Source: an uncultured Poribacteria bacterium (GTDB lineage: Bacteria > Poribacteria > WGA-4E > WGA-3G). From it: DNA of 64,000 nt. The DNA is taken from positions 3,648,001-3,712,000 of the forward strand of contig OX638351.1 of assembly GCA_951813565.1 (NCBI GenBank), read 5' to 3'. Numbering within the stretch: the stretch's first letter is position 1; the number at the start of each line of letters is the position of its first letter. The translations under genes and the position numbers were made by a program. This document shows, one piece after another, positions 9,281 through 17,902 of the stretch. Below the pieces are notes generated by a model, which did not search any database, was not told the origin of the DNA, and saw nothing but the letters and a program-made list of their open reading frames with translations.

Positions 9281-10661
9281 ATGTTATGTATACCTCTCAA
9301 TCATTCTAAGTTTACTTTGTGTCAACACCTATGTATTCGCAGCAATGATTCATGTGCCTGCGGATCAACCTAATATTCAATCAGGTATTGATGCTGCAAA
9401 CGATGGAGACACGGTTTTAGTTGCTGATGGAATTTACAAAGGTAAAGGAAATGTCAATATAGATTTTAAGGGAAAACAGATTACTGTTAAGTCACTGAAT
9501 GGTGCAAAGGCAGCAATTATCGACTGTGAAAGAATTGCAGAAACAAGAGGCTTCACATTCCATAACAAAGAGACCAATGACTCGATATTGGATGGATTTA
9601 CGATTAGAAACGGTCTGCATGAAAAAGGCGGTGGTATCTATTGCGACTTTGCCTCACCAACAATTAAAAACTGTGTTATCACCGAAAACCAAGCAGGTGA
9701 TCCTGCAGACTACAGTGGGTATGGTGGTGGAATTTATTTTTATAATTCTTCTGCAATCATAGAAAAATGTATGATAACGAACAACCTTGTTGGGTCACGG
9801 TTTGGTGGTGGAGGCGTTTATTTAACAGGAGAGTGGGTCGGGCAAAACGACATATCTAAACCGAACTTTATAAATTGCACTATTTCAGAAAATACCGGTA
9901 CTGGTATTTCCAGCAGATGGCGTGTAGTTGTTGCTATTAGAGGCTGTACGGTATCAAAAAACAGTCTACGTGGGGTGGTATGTAGTGAATTTTCACCGGG
10001 TATTAACCTCATTACCAATTCTCATATTGAGCAAAACAGGGACGGTGGTGTTGAAGTTTCAGGAAGTACCAATTTAAAGATTACTGAGTCTATTATTAGA
10101 CAAAACACAGCCAAATCTGGCGCTGGAATTGCCTGCAGTAGAACATCAACTATTGACGTCTCCGAATGTATTATTGCAGAAAATACAGCGACTGCATGGG
10201 GTGGTGGATTTGATATTGAATCTTGGTCCGGAAAAGCTACTATTACACATTGTACGATAACACAGAATACTTCAGGTAAAATGGGAGGCGGAATCTATTT
10301 TAGTTCTACGCCATCACCCAGAACCACTTTAACGTTAACCAATTCAATTGTTTGGGGTAATAAATCGGACGGTGCGTTTGCTGAGCTTGCATTAGGAGGG
10401 AATAAAATAGTTATCAGGTCTTGCGATATCGGGGATGGACTTAAAGGCATTGGTCGTGAAGTAGATGAGGATCGGTTAATCTATCAGGATAACATTGATG
10501 CGGACCCGCTCTTCGTTAATGCTGATAGAGGAGACTACAGGCTTAAACCTAACAGTCCTGCTGCTGCAATGGGTGTGCAATCATTGTCTGTTAGGGAAGC
10601 ACTTAGTGTAACTTCAGTCGGGAAACGGTTGGTAAAGTGGGCTGAACTGAAACGAAAATAA
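9267..10661 (+). CDS. Secreted right-handed parallel beta-helix repeat protein
   Basis: Signal peptide, IHVPADQPNIQSGIDAANDGDTVLVADGIY, repeated GGGIY..C.I..N, DPLFV..GDYRL..SPA, and C-terminus SVTSVGKRLVKWAELKRK. Confidence 0.85.
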   Translation: MSKYRCYVYLSIILSLLCVNTYVFAAMIHVPADQPNIQSGIDAANDGDTVLVADGIYKGKGNVNIDFKGKQITVKSLNGAKAAIIDCERIAETRGFTFHNKETNDSILDGFTIRNGLHEKGGGIYCDFASPTIKNCVITENQAGDPADYSGYGGGIYFYNSSAIIEKCMITNNLVGSRFGGGGVYLTGEWVGQNDISKPNFINCTISENTGTGISSRWRVVVAIRGCTVSKNSLRGVVCSEFSPGINLITNSHIEQNRDGGVEVSGSTNLKITESIIRQNTAKSGAGIACSRTSTIDVSECIIAENTATAWGGGFDIESWSGKATITHCTITQNTSGKMGGGIYFSSTPSPRTTLTLTNSIVWGNKSDGAFAELALGGNKIVIRSCDIGDGLKGIGREVDEDRLIYQDNIDADPLFVNADRGDYRLKPNSPAAAMGVQSLSVREALSVTSVGKRLVKWAELKRK

Positions 10662-10775
10662 TTAGCCGCTTTGACAGATTCAATCTGCTGCTAAGATATC
10701 TCAATTTGGCTTACGATGTCGTGGTTTGAGACACGGAAAATCAGTGGTTCTGAGGTTTTTGGAACAGATAGACTC

Positions 10776-10804
10776 TTGACTTCTAAACCACTATGTAATA
10801 TACT
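10776..10804 (+). promoter_or_regulatory. Putative sigma70 promoter
   Basis: TTGACT-17bp-TATACT upstream of the Uma2 gene. Confidence 0.55.
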
Positions 10805-10852
10805 TTAAAACAATACGTTCAATCCTTAAACTTGATGCTGGGAGATAGAACT

Positions 10853-11602
10853 ATGCAGAAAAAAATACAGTCTGCGCCGACAATAGTCTATCCGGAATCA
10901 GACGGTAAGCCTATGGCAGAAACAGATGTACACCGAAAGTTGATGATGGATTCTATTTCAATACTTGAAAACCATTTCAAGTATCAGAATGACGTTTATG
11001 TATCGGGCAACCTACTAATGTATTATGAAAAAGGGGATCCAAGGAAATCTATATCCCCTGATGTGTTCGTGGTTTTCGGGGTTGAAAAGAAACTACGGAA
11101 CACTTATCTGACGTGGGCAGAAGCAAACACACCTGATTTTGTGCTGGAAGTCGCAAGTCCGAGTACGTTTCAGAAAGATATAGGAGAAAAAAAAGAACTT
11201 TACGCGTCTGTGCTACGGGTGAACGAGTATTATATCTACGATCCACTTGGTCAGATTGCAACGAGTTTTATCGGGTACCGGCTTATTGATGGTGTATATC
11301 AAGAAATAGAATTCGTAAACAATCGTCTGCCATCAGTTGTATTAGGCTTGGAATTAGGGGAGCGTGATGGTGAGTTGCGTCTCTATAACCCAAACATATC
11401 ACAGTGGTTGCAAACGCCGTCCGAACAGGCAGAAGATGCCGAGGCACGTGCTGAAAACGCTGAAGAACGCGCACAACAGGAAGCTAACGCTCGGCAAAAT
11501 GCTGAAGAACGCGCACAACAGGAAATAATCGCACGCCAAAACGCTGAAGCAGAGCTTGCTAACGCATTAGCAGAAATTGAACGTCTTCGCGCCGAAAGAT
11601 AA
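10853..11602 (+). CDS. Uma2-family PD-(D/E)xK endonuclease with coiled-coil repeat tail
   Basis: YPESDGKPMAET, SPDVFVVFG, PDFVLEVASPST, EYYIYDP, and C-terminal AEERAQQE repeats. Confidence 0.88.
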   Translation: MQKKIQSAPTIVYPESDGKPMAETDVHRKLMMDSISILENHFKYQNDVYVSGNLLMYYEKGDPRKSISPDVFVVFGVEKKLRNTYLTWAEANTPDFVLEVASPSTFQKDIGEKKELYASVLRVNEYYIYDPLGQIATSFIGYRLIDGVYQEIEFVNNRLPSVVLGLELGERDGELRLYNPNISQWLQTPSEQAEDAEARAENAEERAQQEANARQNAEERAQQEIIARQNAEAELANALAEIERLRAER

Positions 11603-11756
11603 TGAGTAACATCGGAATAATAAGGAAGACATAGAGTAAACATAAATCAAAGTGATCGCTTGTTTGACATAATAGTCAAATTGTTTTGGTGTTGCATTGA
11701 ACATAAGATAAAAGGTATAATTAAAATGGTCATCAGACAGAAAGGAGGGTAGACGT

Positions 11757-13229
11757 ATGGAAGAAACAAATGACTTAATGCGACAACGGAAAGAAAAATT
11801 AAATGAAATCCGCGAAGCAGGTATTGACCCTTATCCGCATCAATACGCCCCAACACATACAACATCAGCAATTCATAAAGAATTTGAAGATGTCGATGAA
11901 ACACCTGATGACACACACCGAGTTACTATCGCTGGTAGGATTATGACCAAACGCGATCATGGCAAGAGTAGTTTTGCGCATTTGCAGGATAGTACCGGAC
12001 AAATCCAAATTTACGTGCGTCGAGACGATGTTGGAGTAGACTCTTATCGAATCTATCGCCGATTTGATGTTGGTGATATTATCGGTGCAAGCGGTATCGT
12101 TTTCCGTACACGCACTAGTGAATTAACAATCCTCGTTGATGCGGTGGAACTACTCTCCAAATCTATCCGCCCCCTCCCCGAAAAATGGCACGGTTTACAA
12201 GATAAACAGACTCGCTACAGACAACGATATGCCGATCTTATCATGAATCCCGAAGTGAAGGAAGTTTTTGTCAAGAGGACACAAATTGTCCAAGCTATTC
12301 GGGATATGCTCAATGAACAAAATTTTATTGAAGTAGAAACGCCTGTGTTGCAACCAATCTACGGTGGTGCAAGTGCCCGCCCCTTCACAACCTATCATAA
12401 CACCTTAGACCAACCGCTATATCTTAGAATTGCAAACGAACTCTATCTAAAACGTCTCATAGTAGGAGGATTTGATCGGGTATACGAATTCTCGCGCGAT
12501 TTCCGCAACGAAGGTATGGATAGAGACCATAGTCCAGAATTTACGATGCTTGAACTCTATCTGGCTTACGCAGATTACCTTGAGGTAATGGAACTAACAG
12601 AAATTCTGATTGCGCAAACGGTGGAGAAACTTCACGGCACAACAAAAATTACCTATCAGGATCAGGAAATAGATTTTACACCCCCGTGGCAAAGAATGAC
12701 AATGATAGAGTCAATTCAGGAATATAGCGATTTTGATCCCGATACACTTTCTGCTCATGAACTCTATACAAAGGCAGCAAACGCAGGCGTTGAATTAGCA
12801 GGAGATGAATCAAAAGGCGAAATTATTGCAGAACTATTTGATGTTTATGTAGAGTCTAAACTAACTCAACCAACGTTTATCTACGACTACCCCATTGAAG
12901 TATCCCCGTTTGCCAAAAAGAAACCTGAGAATCCTGAACTCGTAGAACGGTTTGAATTTTTTATTAGCGGTATGGAAGTTGGCAACGCCTTTAGTGAGCT
13001 TAATGACCCGATTGACCAACGGCAGCGCTTTATGGAACAAGCAAGCAATTTAGCAAAAGGTGATGAAGAAGCGTTCATGGTTGACGAAGATTATTTGCGT
13101 GCGTTGGAATACGGAATGCCGCCCACGGGTGGACTCGGTATCGGAATCGACAGATTGACGATGTTATTGACGGATCAATATTCTATTCGGGATGTAATCC
13201 TATTTCCGCAGATGCGTCCAGAAAATTAA
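11757..13229 (+). CDS. lysS: Lysine--tRNA ligase (class II)
   Basis: YRQRYADL, GGASARPF, LRIANELYLKRL, FRNEG and YGMPPTGGLGIGIDRL motifs. Confidence 0.97.
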   Translation: MEETNDLMRQRKEKLNEIREAGIDPYPHQYAPTHTTSAIHKEFEDVDETPDDTHRVTIAGRIMTKRDHGKSSFAHLQDSTGQIQIYVRRDDVGVDSYRIYRRFDVGDIIGASGIVFRTRTSELTILVDAVELLSKSIRPLPEKWHGLQDKQTRYRQRYADLIMNPEVKEVFVKRTQIVQAIRDMLNEQNFIEVETPVLQPIYGGASARPFTTYHNTLDQPLYLRIANELYLKRLIVGGFDRVYEFSRDFRNEGMDRDHSPEFTMLELYLAYADYLEVMELTEILIAQTVEKLHGTTKITYQDQEIDFTPPWQRMTMIESIQEYSDFDPDTLSAHELYTKAANAGVELAGDESKGEIIAELFDVYVESKLTQPTFIYDYPIEVSPFAKKKPENPELVERFEFFISGMEVGNAFSELNDPIDQRQRFMEQASNLAKGDEEAFMVDEDYLRALEYGMPPTGGLGIGIDRLTMLLTDQYSIRDVILFPQMRPEN

Positions 13230-13230
13230 A

Positions 13231-13780
13231 ATGAAAACCGCTCCAACACTATACACAGAAAGGTTGATACTTCGTTCTTTTACACTTGAAGATGTCGTTG
13301 ATGTGCAAAGACTTACAGATGATCCTGATATGGCATCAACAACTTATCATATAGAATATCCATACAAAGATGGTATGGCAGAGGAGGATTGGATGGTATA
13401 ACCAACAATTTGAAAAAGGCAAAGGTATTTATTTTGCGATTGCGTTTGCAAAAGACGAAACCTTGATTGGTGAAGTGGACTTAACATTCCGGACTCACCT
13501 TCCTTACAAAGACGCATCACTGAACTATTGGATAGGGAAATCGTATTGGAATTGTGGGTATTGCACTGAGGCAGCAAAAGCTGTTGTTGCTTATGGATTG
13601 CGAGAACATGACATTGAGTTAATTTTCGCCGAGCACTTCAAACGAAATCCCGCCTCTGGCAGGGTGATGCAAAAAATAGGGATGCGCTACAAAGATTTTT
13701 TTCCTAAAGACCCAGAAAACGATGCTTCTGAGGATACGCTCCTGTACATTATTAAAAAGGATGAATTTGAAGGAAAATGA
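13231..13780 (+). pseudogene. RimJ/RimL-type GNAT acetyltransferase, frameshifted near 13386
   Basis: ATG 13231 gives MKTAPTLYTERLILRSF, matching the N-terminus of the neighbouring paralogue. GAGGAGGATT here versus GAAGAGTGGATT in the paralogue implies a 2-nt deletion. The C-terminal half is in another frame. Confidence 0.75.
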
Positions 13781-14337
13781 TAACCGCACCAACACTACAC
13801 ACAGAAAGGTTGGTACTTCGTCCATTTAAACTTGAAGATGCACCAGATGTACAACGTTTCGCAGGTGATCGTGATGTGGCATCAACTACATGTGCAATCC
13901 CACATCCTTATGAAGATGGAATGGCAGAAGAGTGGATTAGTACCCATCAACCAGATTTTGAGAAAGGAACAGGAATCAATCTGGCGATAACGTTTAAAGA
14001 TACTGAAAAAACGGAAGACACAATTCTGATTGGTGCAATTGGTTTAGGAATTGATCTTACTGAAAAGATTGGAGAACTCGGTTATTGGGTCGGTAAACCG
14101 TATTGGAATAGCGGGTATTGTACAGAGGCTGCGAAGGCTATCTTAACCTATGCTTTTGACGTTTTAGAGTTGACGAGTATTCACGCTTTTTATTTCAAAC
14201 GAAATCCGGCATCGGGTCGTGTCTTGGAAAAGATTGGCATGCAATTTGAGGAATGCTTCCCTAAGGGAGTAGAAAAATGGGGCGTACTTGAAGATTTAGT
14301 AAAATACAGCATACAAAATAAAACAGATAATTCTTAA
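13777..14337 (+). CDS. RimJ/RimL-type GNAT N-acetyltransferase
   Basis: TERLVLRPF, ELGYWVGKPYWNSGYCTEA and NPASGRVLEKIGM motifs. Confidence 0.9.
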   Translation: MITAPTLHTERLVLRPFKLEDAPDVQRFAGDRDVASTTCAIPHPYEDGMAEEWISTHQPDFEKGTGINLAITFKDTEKTEDTILIGAIGLGIDLTEKIGELGYWVGKPYWNSGYCTEAAKAILTYAFDVLELTSIHAFYFKRNPASGRVLEKIGMQFEECFPKGVEKWGVLEDLVKYSIQNKTDNS

Positions 14338-14411
14338 TCGGGTAAAAAACAGTATTAGTTTCAGGAGGCTACAGATGCCTTTGATAATCTGTTCTAAACA
14401 GCATTTTTAAT

Positions 14412-16046
14412 ATGAAATTTGAATGGTTCGTAGCCTCGCGGTATCTGCTTTCACGGAGAAAACAATCGTTTATCTCAGTTATTAGCATTATCTCCATTGC
14501 AGGGGTTGGTCTCGGCGTTGCAACTGTGATTTTAGTAATTGCCGTTTTAGATGGTGTAGAACATGGACTCAAAGAGCGATTTCTTGCGAATGACGCACAC
14601 GTGATTCTAAGATTGATTGACAACGGGTACTTTAAGAATTACCAAGATAAAATTGAAGCCATTAAGAAAGTTGAGGGGGTAGTCGCCGCATCGCCTGTTG
14701 TTTATTCACAACTCGCTGTTTTTCGAGAAGGTGCCGAACAGATCGAAGATGTAATTATCATCAAAGGAATTGAACCAGAAGTTGAGGATAAAGTTACAGG
14801 TTTCACAAAGTTTGTGAATGGCTCATACGATTTCCAAAATGATGATTTAATCGACAAAGCAAGATTTTTAAATGATGAAACGATTACTGGTGGAATTGTG
14901 CTTGGCTCACGATTAGCAAAACGTCTCATTGTAAACAAGGGTGATATCCTACGTCTTGTCGTAAAATTGGTGAATGACGGGACGACAGTAGACGCGTTTA
15001 CGCCGTTAATCAGGAATTTTGTTGTAATAGGGTTTTACGAATCGGAATTGGCAGTTTATGACAACCGAACGGCTTTTATACATTTAGAAACTGCACAAAA
15101 AATATATCAAGTAGATGATAAAGTAAATTTTATTTTGATTCGATTGGAAGATGCCGAACTTGCCCCGAAAATGGGAGAAAAAATAGAAGCAGCAGCAGAT
15201 TTTGATTTTCTTGAGATGCCGGGAACAACAACATGGTTGGAAACACACGCGCCGTTGTTCACCGCATTGAAATTGGAAAAGATCGCTACGGTTATCATTG
15301 AAGCACTCATTATTTTGGTTGCTGCCTTTAATATCGCAAGCACATTGATAATGACGGTCATGGAAAAAACACGAGACGTTGGAATGCTACGTACACTTGG
15401 AGCATCGCGTGGTCACATTATGAGTATTTTCATGATTAAAGGGAGTGTGATTGGCATGTTAGGAACGATAGTTGGAACGACTCTGGGACTTTATATGTGT
15501 TGGTTGCTGAGCACAAATGTAGTAAGGCCCTCACCTTGGTATGCAGTTGAAGTTATTGGAATAGTAAGTTTATACCAGGTCGCAATTGCGTCCCGCCGTA
15601 TTGATATTGCAGGCATTCTGCTCCTCATCTTTGTGCCAATACAAAGCATAGGTTGGCTTGTTCTAAAGGTATTACCTGCAATGAGTTGGCAAATTCCGTC
15701 TGTGATACTACTTCTAATTAAGGGTATAGGTATAGGGTTGTTAATCTTCTCTATTTTTGCTATGATAAAATCATGGTCGAAGTTGTCTTCAAAATGGAAG
15801 TTGACTTTCTTACTTTTTTGGACTATAGTATTTGGTTTTGTGCTTTTCTCGATTGTTGAACCTATTTCTTTGGAAAAATTGGGCTTGAGTGCGATTTACC
15901 AAATGAATCAACTACCGATAAAAGTGAATTGGTTTTTTGTCGGTTTTATAAACGTGCTCTCATTCGCTATTTGTTGGTTTGCGACAATATATCCAGCGTG
16001 GCAAGCATCAAATTTGAAACCAATAGAGGCGTTGCAATATGAATAA
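14412..16046 (+). CDS. lolE: Lipoprotein-releasing ABC transporter permease (LolC/LolE family) with an extra hydrophobic insertion
   Basis: RYLLSRRKQSFISVIS, VAAFNIASTLIMTVMEKTRDVGMLRTLGAS and YPAWQASNLKPIEALQYE motifs. Followed by lolD. Confidence 0.88.
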   Translation: MKFEWFVASRYLLSRRKQSFISVISIISIAGVGLGVATVILVIAVLDGVEHGLKERFLANDAHVILRLIDNGYFKNYQDKIEAIKKVEGVVAASPVVYSQLAVFREGAEQIEDVIIIKGIEPEVEDKVTGFTKFVNGSYDFQNDDLIDKARFLNDETITGGIVLGSRLAKRLIVNKGDILRLVVKLVNDGTTVDAFTPLIRNFVVIGFYESELAVYDNRTAFIHLETAQKIYQVDDKVNFILIRLEDAELAPKMGEKIEAAADFDFLEMPGTTTWLETHAPLFTALKLEKIATVIIEALIILVAAFNIASTLIMTVMEKTRDVGMLRTLGASRGHIMSIFMIKGSVIGMLGTIVGTTLGLYMCWLLSTNVVRPSPWYAVEVIGIVSLYQVAIASRRIDIAGILLLIFVPIQSIGWLVLKVLPAMSWQIPSVILLLIKGIGIGLLIFSIFAMIKSWSKLSSKWKLTFLLFWTIVFGFVLFSIVEPISLEKLGLSAIYQMNQLPIKVNWFFVGFINVLSFAICWFATIYPAWQASNLKPIEALQYE

Positions 16047-16187
16047 AGCCAAATTATAGTGAATTATAAAAATATGTTGACACCCTTCTGTAGGAGCGAT
16101 CTCCGAATCGCGATTAAACACAATGATAGTCGGGAATCGGAGTTCCCTCCTACCCTAAAAATGTTAAAGTAATTCTTAAATCCACTA
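16037..16187. repeat. MITE-like element with an inverted pair of GTAG-REPs (REPIN-like)
   Basis: TGTAGGAGCGATCTCCGAATCGCGA ... TCGGGAATCGGAGTTCCCTCCTAC. A related copy lies reversed at 32614-32713. Confidence 0.6.
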
Positions 16188-16215
16188 AAAGCTAACCCTA
16201 ATACTGTGTACTTCA

Positions 16216-16920
16216 ATGGATAAACTAATAAGAATTGACAACTTATATAAATCCTTTTATGATGGTGACACAGAGCTGCAAATACTTAAAGGTGTCAACC
16301 TTAATGTTCACAAATCAGAGATGCTCGCTATAATGGGAGCATCAGGTGTTGGAAAAAGCACTTTATTACATATCATTGGAACACTGGACCGCCCTACGGG
16401 CGGAAACATTTTTTACGAGGACGAGGACATCACGGTTTTTTCTGAACGCGAATTGACTCAATTTAGAAATGACGCAATCGGTTTTGTGTTTCAGTTTCAC
16501 CAATTACTGCCAGAATTTACCGCGTTAGAAAACGTTGCAATGAGTAGATTAATTAGAAATAAAAAAAATGCAGCGGACAAAGATGGGAACCGCTATAGCA
16601 GCGATGCTTATGAAAATGCAGAAATTCTTCTTGAAAATGTCGGACTCTCCGAACGTCTTGAACATTTTCCGAGCCAACTTTCTGGAGGGGAACGCCAACG
16701 CGTAGCAATTGCAAGAGCATTGATCAATCAACCTAAAGTCGTTCTCGCCGATGAACCGACAGGCAACATTGACGACAAAACAAGTGAAGCGGTACTTGAT
16801 GTTTTACAAGATATAAATGAGCGACTCAACCAAACATTTATTATCGTAACACACGACTCGCGGCTATCCAAGCGCGCAAATCGGACAGTTCACCTTGTTG
16901 ATGGCAAAATCGCTGACTAA
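16216..16920 (+). CDS. lolD: Lipoprotein-releasing ABC transporter ATP-binding protein
   Basis: GASGVGKST, FVFQFHQLLPEFTALENV, LSGGERQRVAIARAL and ADEPTGN motifs. Confidence 0.92.
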   Translation: MDKLIRIDNLYKSFYDGDTELQILKGVNLNVHKSEMLAIMGASGVGKSTLLHIIGTLDRPTGGNIFYEDEDITVFSERELTQFRNDAIGFVFQFHQLLPEFTALENVAMSRLIRNKKNAADKDGNRYSSDAYENAEILLENVGLSERLEHFPSQLSGGERQRVAIARALINQPKVVLADEPTGNIDDKTSEAVLDVLQDINERLNQTFIIVTHDSRLSKRANRTVHLVDGKIAD

Positions 16921-16959
16921 CAACAATATGAGAAATTTGTACATAGGAAGGTATAGGTA

Positions 16960-17841
16960 ATGTTGATTTATCTCGACGGAGAATTTTTACCGCGTGAGGA
17001 GGCAAAAATTTCCGTGTTTGACCATGGATTACTCTATGGTGATGGTGTTTTTGAAGGTATCCGTTGCTATAATGGGTTCGTCTTTAAACTGGATGAACAC
17101 TTAGAAAGGCTTTACGATTCTGCAAAGTCGCTTATGCTACAAATCCCAATTTCGATTGACGTGATGAAGCAAAACGTGCTTGAAACGCTCCGTCAAAATC
17201 AACTCCGCGAGGGATATATCAGATTGATTGTAACCCGCGGCGTAGGCGACTTAGGACTCGACCCCGATAAATGCCAGAATCCATCAGTAATTATTATTGC
17301 AGATAAAATTGCATTATACCCACAAAATTTTTATGAAAATGGGTTGGAAATTGTCACGGTATCGGTTCGCAGGAATTATCCTGAAGCAATCAACCCACGG
17401 ATTAAATCGTTAAATTACCTAAACAATATTCTTGCGAAAATAGAGGCGAAACAATCAGGTGCTGTGGAAGCATTGATGCTCAACAATGACGGCTATGTTG
17501 TGGAGTGCAGCGGAGATAATATATTTTGGATTAAAAATGAGATAATTGTTACGCCACCACCTCATATCGGTATTTTGGAAGGTGTAACTCGGAATAGTGT
17601 AATCGCGCTTGCACGCGAGGCAGGATTTCAAGTTGAAGAGCGCGTTTTTACCCGACATGATCTATATATTGCAGATGAATGCTTCCTTACAGGGACAGCA
17701 GCGGAAGTGATTCCTGTTGTAAAACTTGACCAACGTGTTATTGGAAATGGAAAACCGGGAAAAGTTACGCAAAAACTTATTGCTGCATTCCGACATCTGG
17801 CGAATAACTTTGGAACCCCTATCTGTTCTGAGGACGCCTGA
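16960..17841 (+). CDS. ilvE: Branched-chain amino acid aminotransferase
   Basis: DHGLLYGDGVFEGIR, KSLNYLNNILAK, LEGVTR and FLTGTAAEV motifs. Confidence 0.95.
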   Translation: MLIYLDGEFLPREEAKISVFDHGLLYGDGVFEGIRCYNGFVFKLDEHLERLYDSAKSLMLQIPISIDVMKQNVLETLRQNQLREGYIRLIVTRGVGDLGLDPDKCQNPSVIIIADKIALYPQNFYENGLEIVTVSVRRNYPEAINPRIKSLNYLNNILAKIEAKQSGAVEALMLNNDGYVVECSGDNIFWIKNEIIVTPPPHIGILEGVTRNSVIALAREAGFQVEERVFTRHDLYIADECFLTGTAAEVIPVVKLDQRVIGNGKPGKVTQKLIAAFRHLANNFGTPICSEDA

Positions 17842-17902
17842 AGATGACAGTATCGGAGAGCAAAAAGCATAACTACACGCAATGAAAAGGAGAAACTCAA
17901 CC

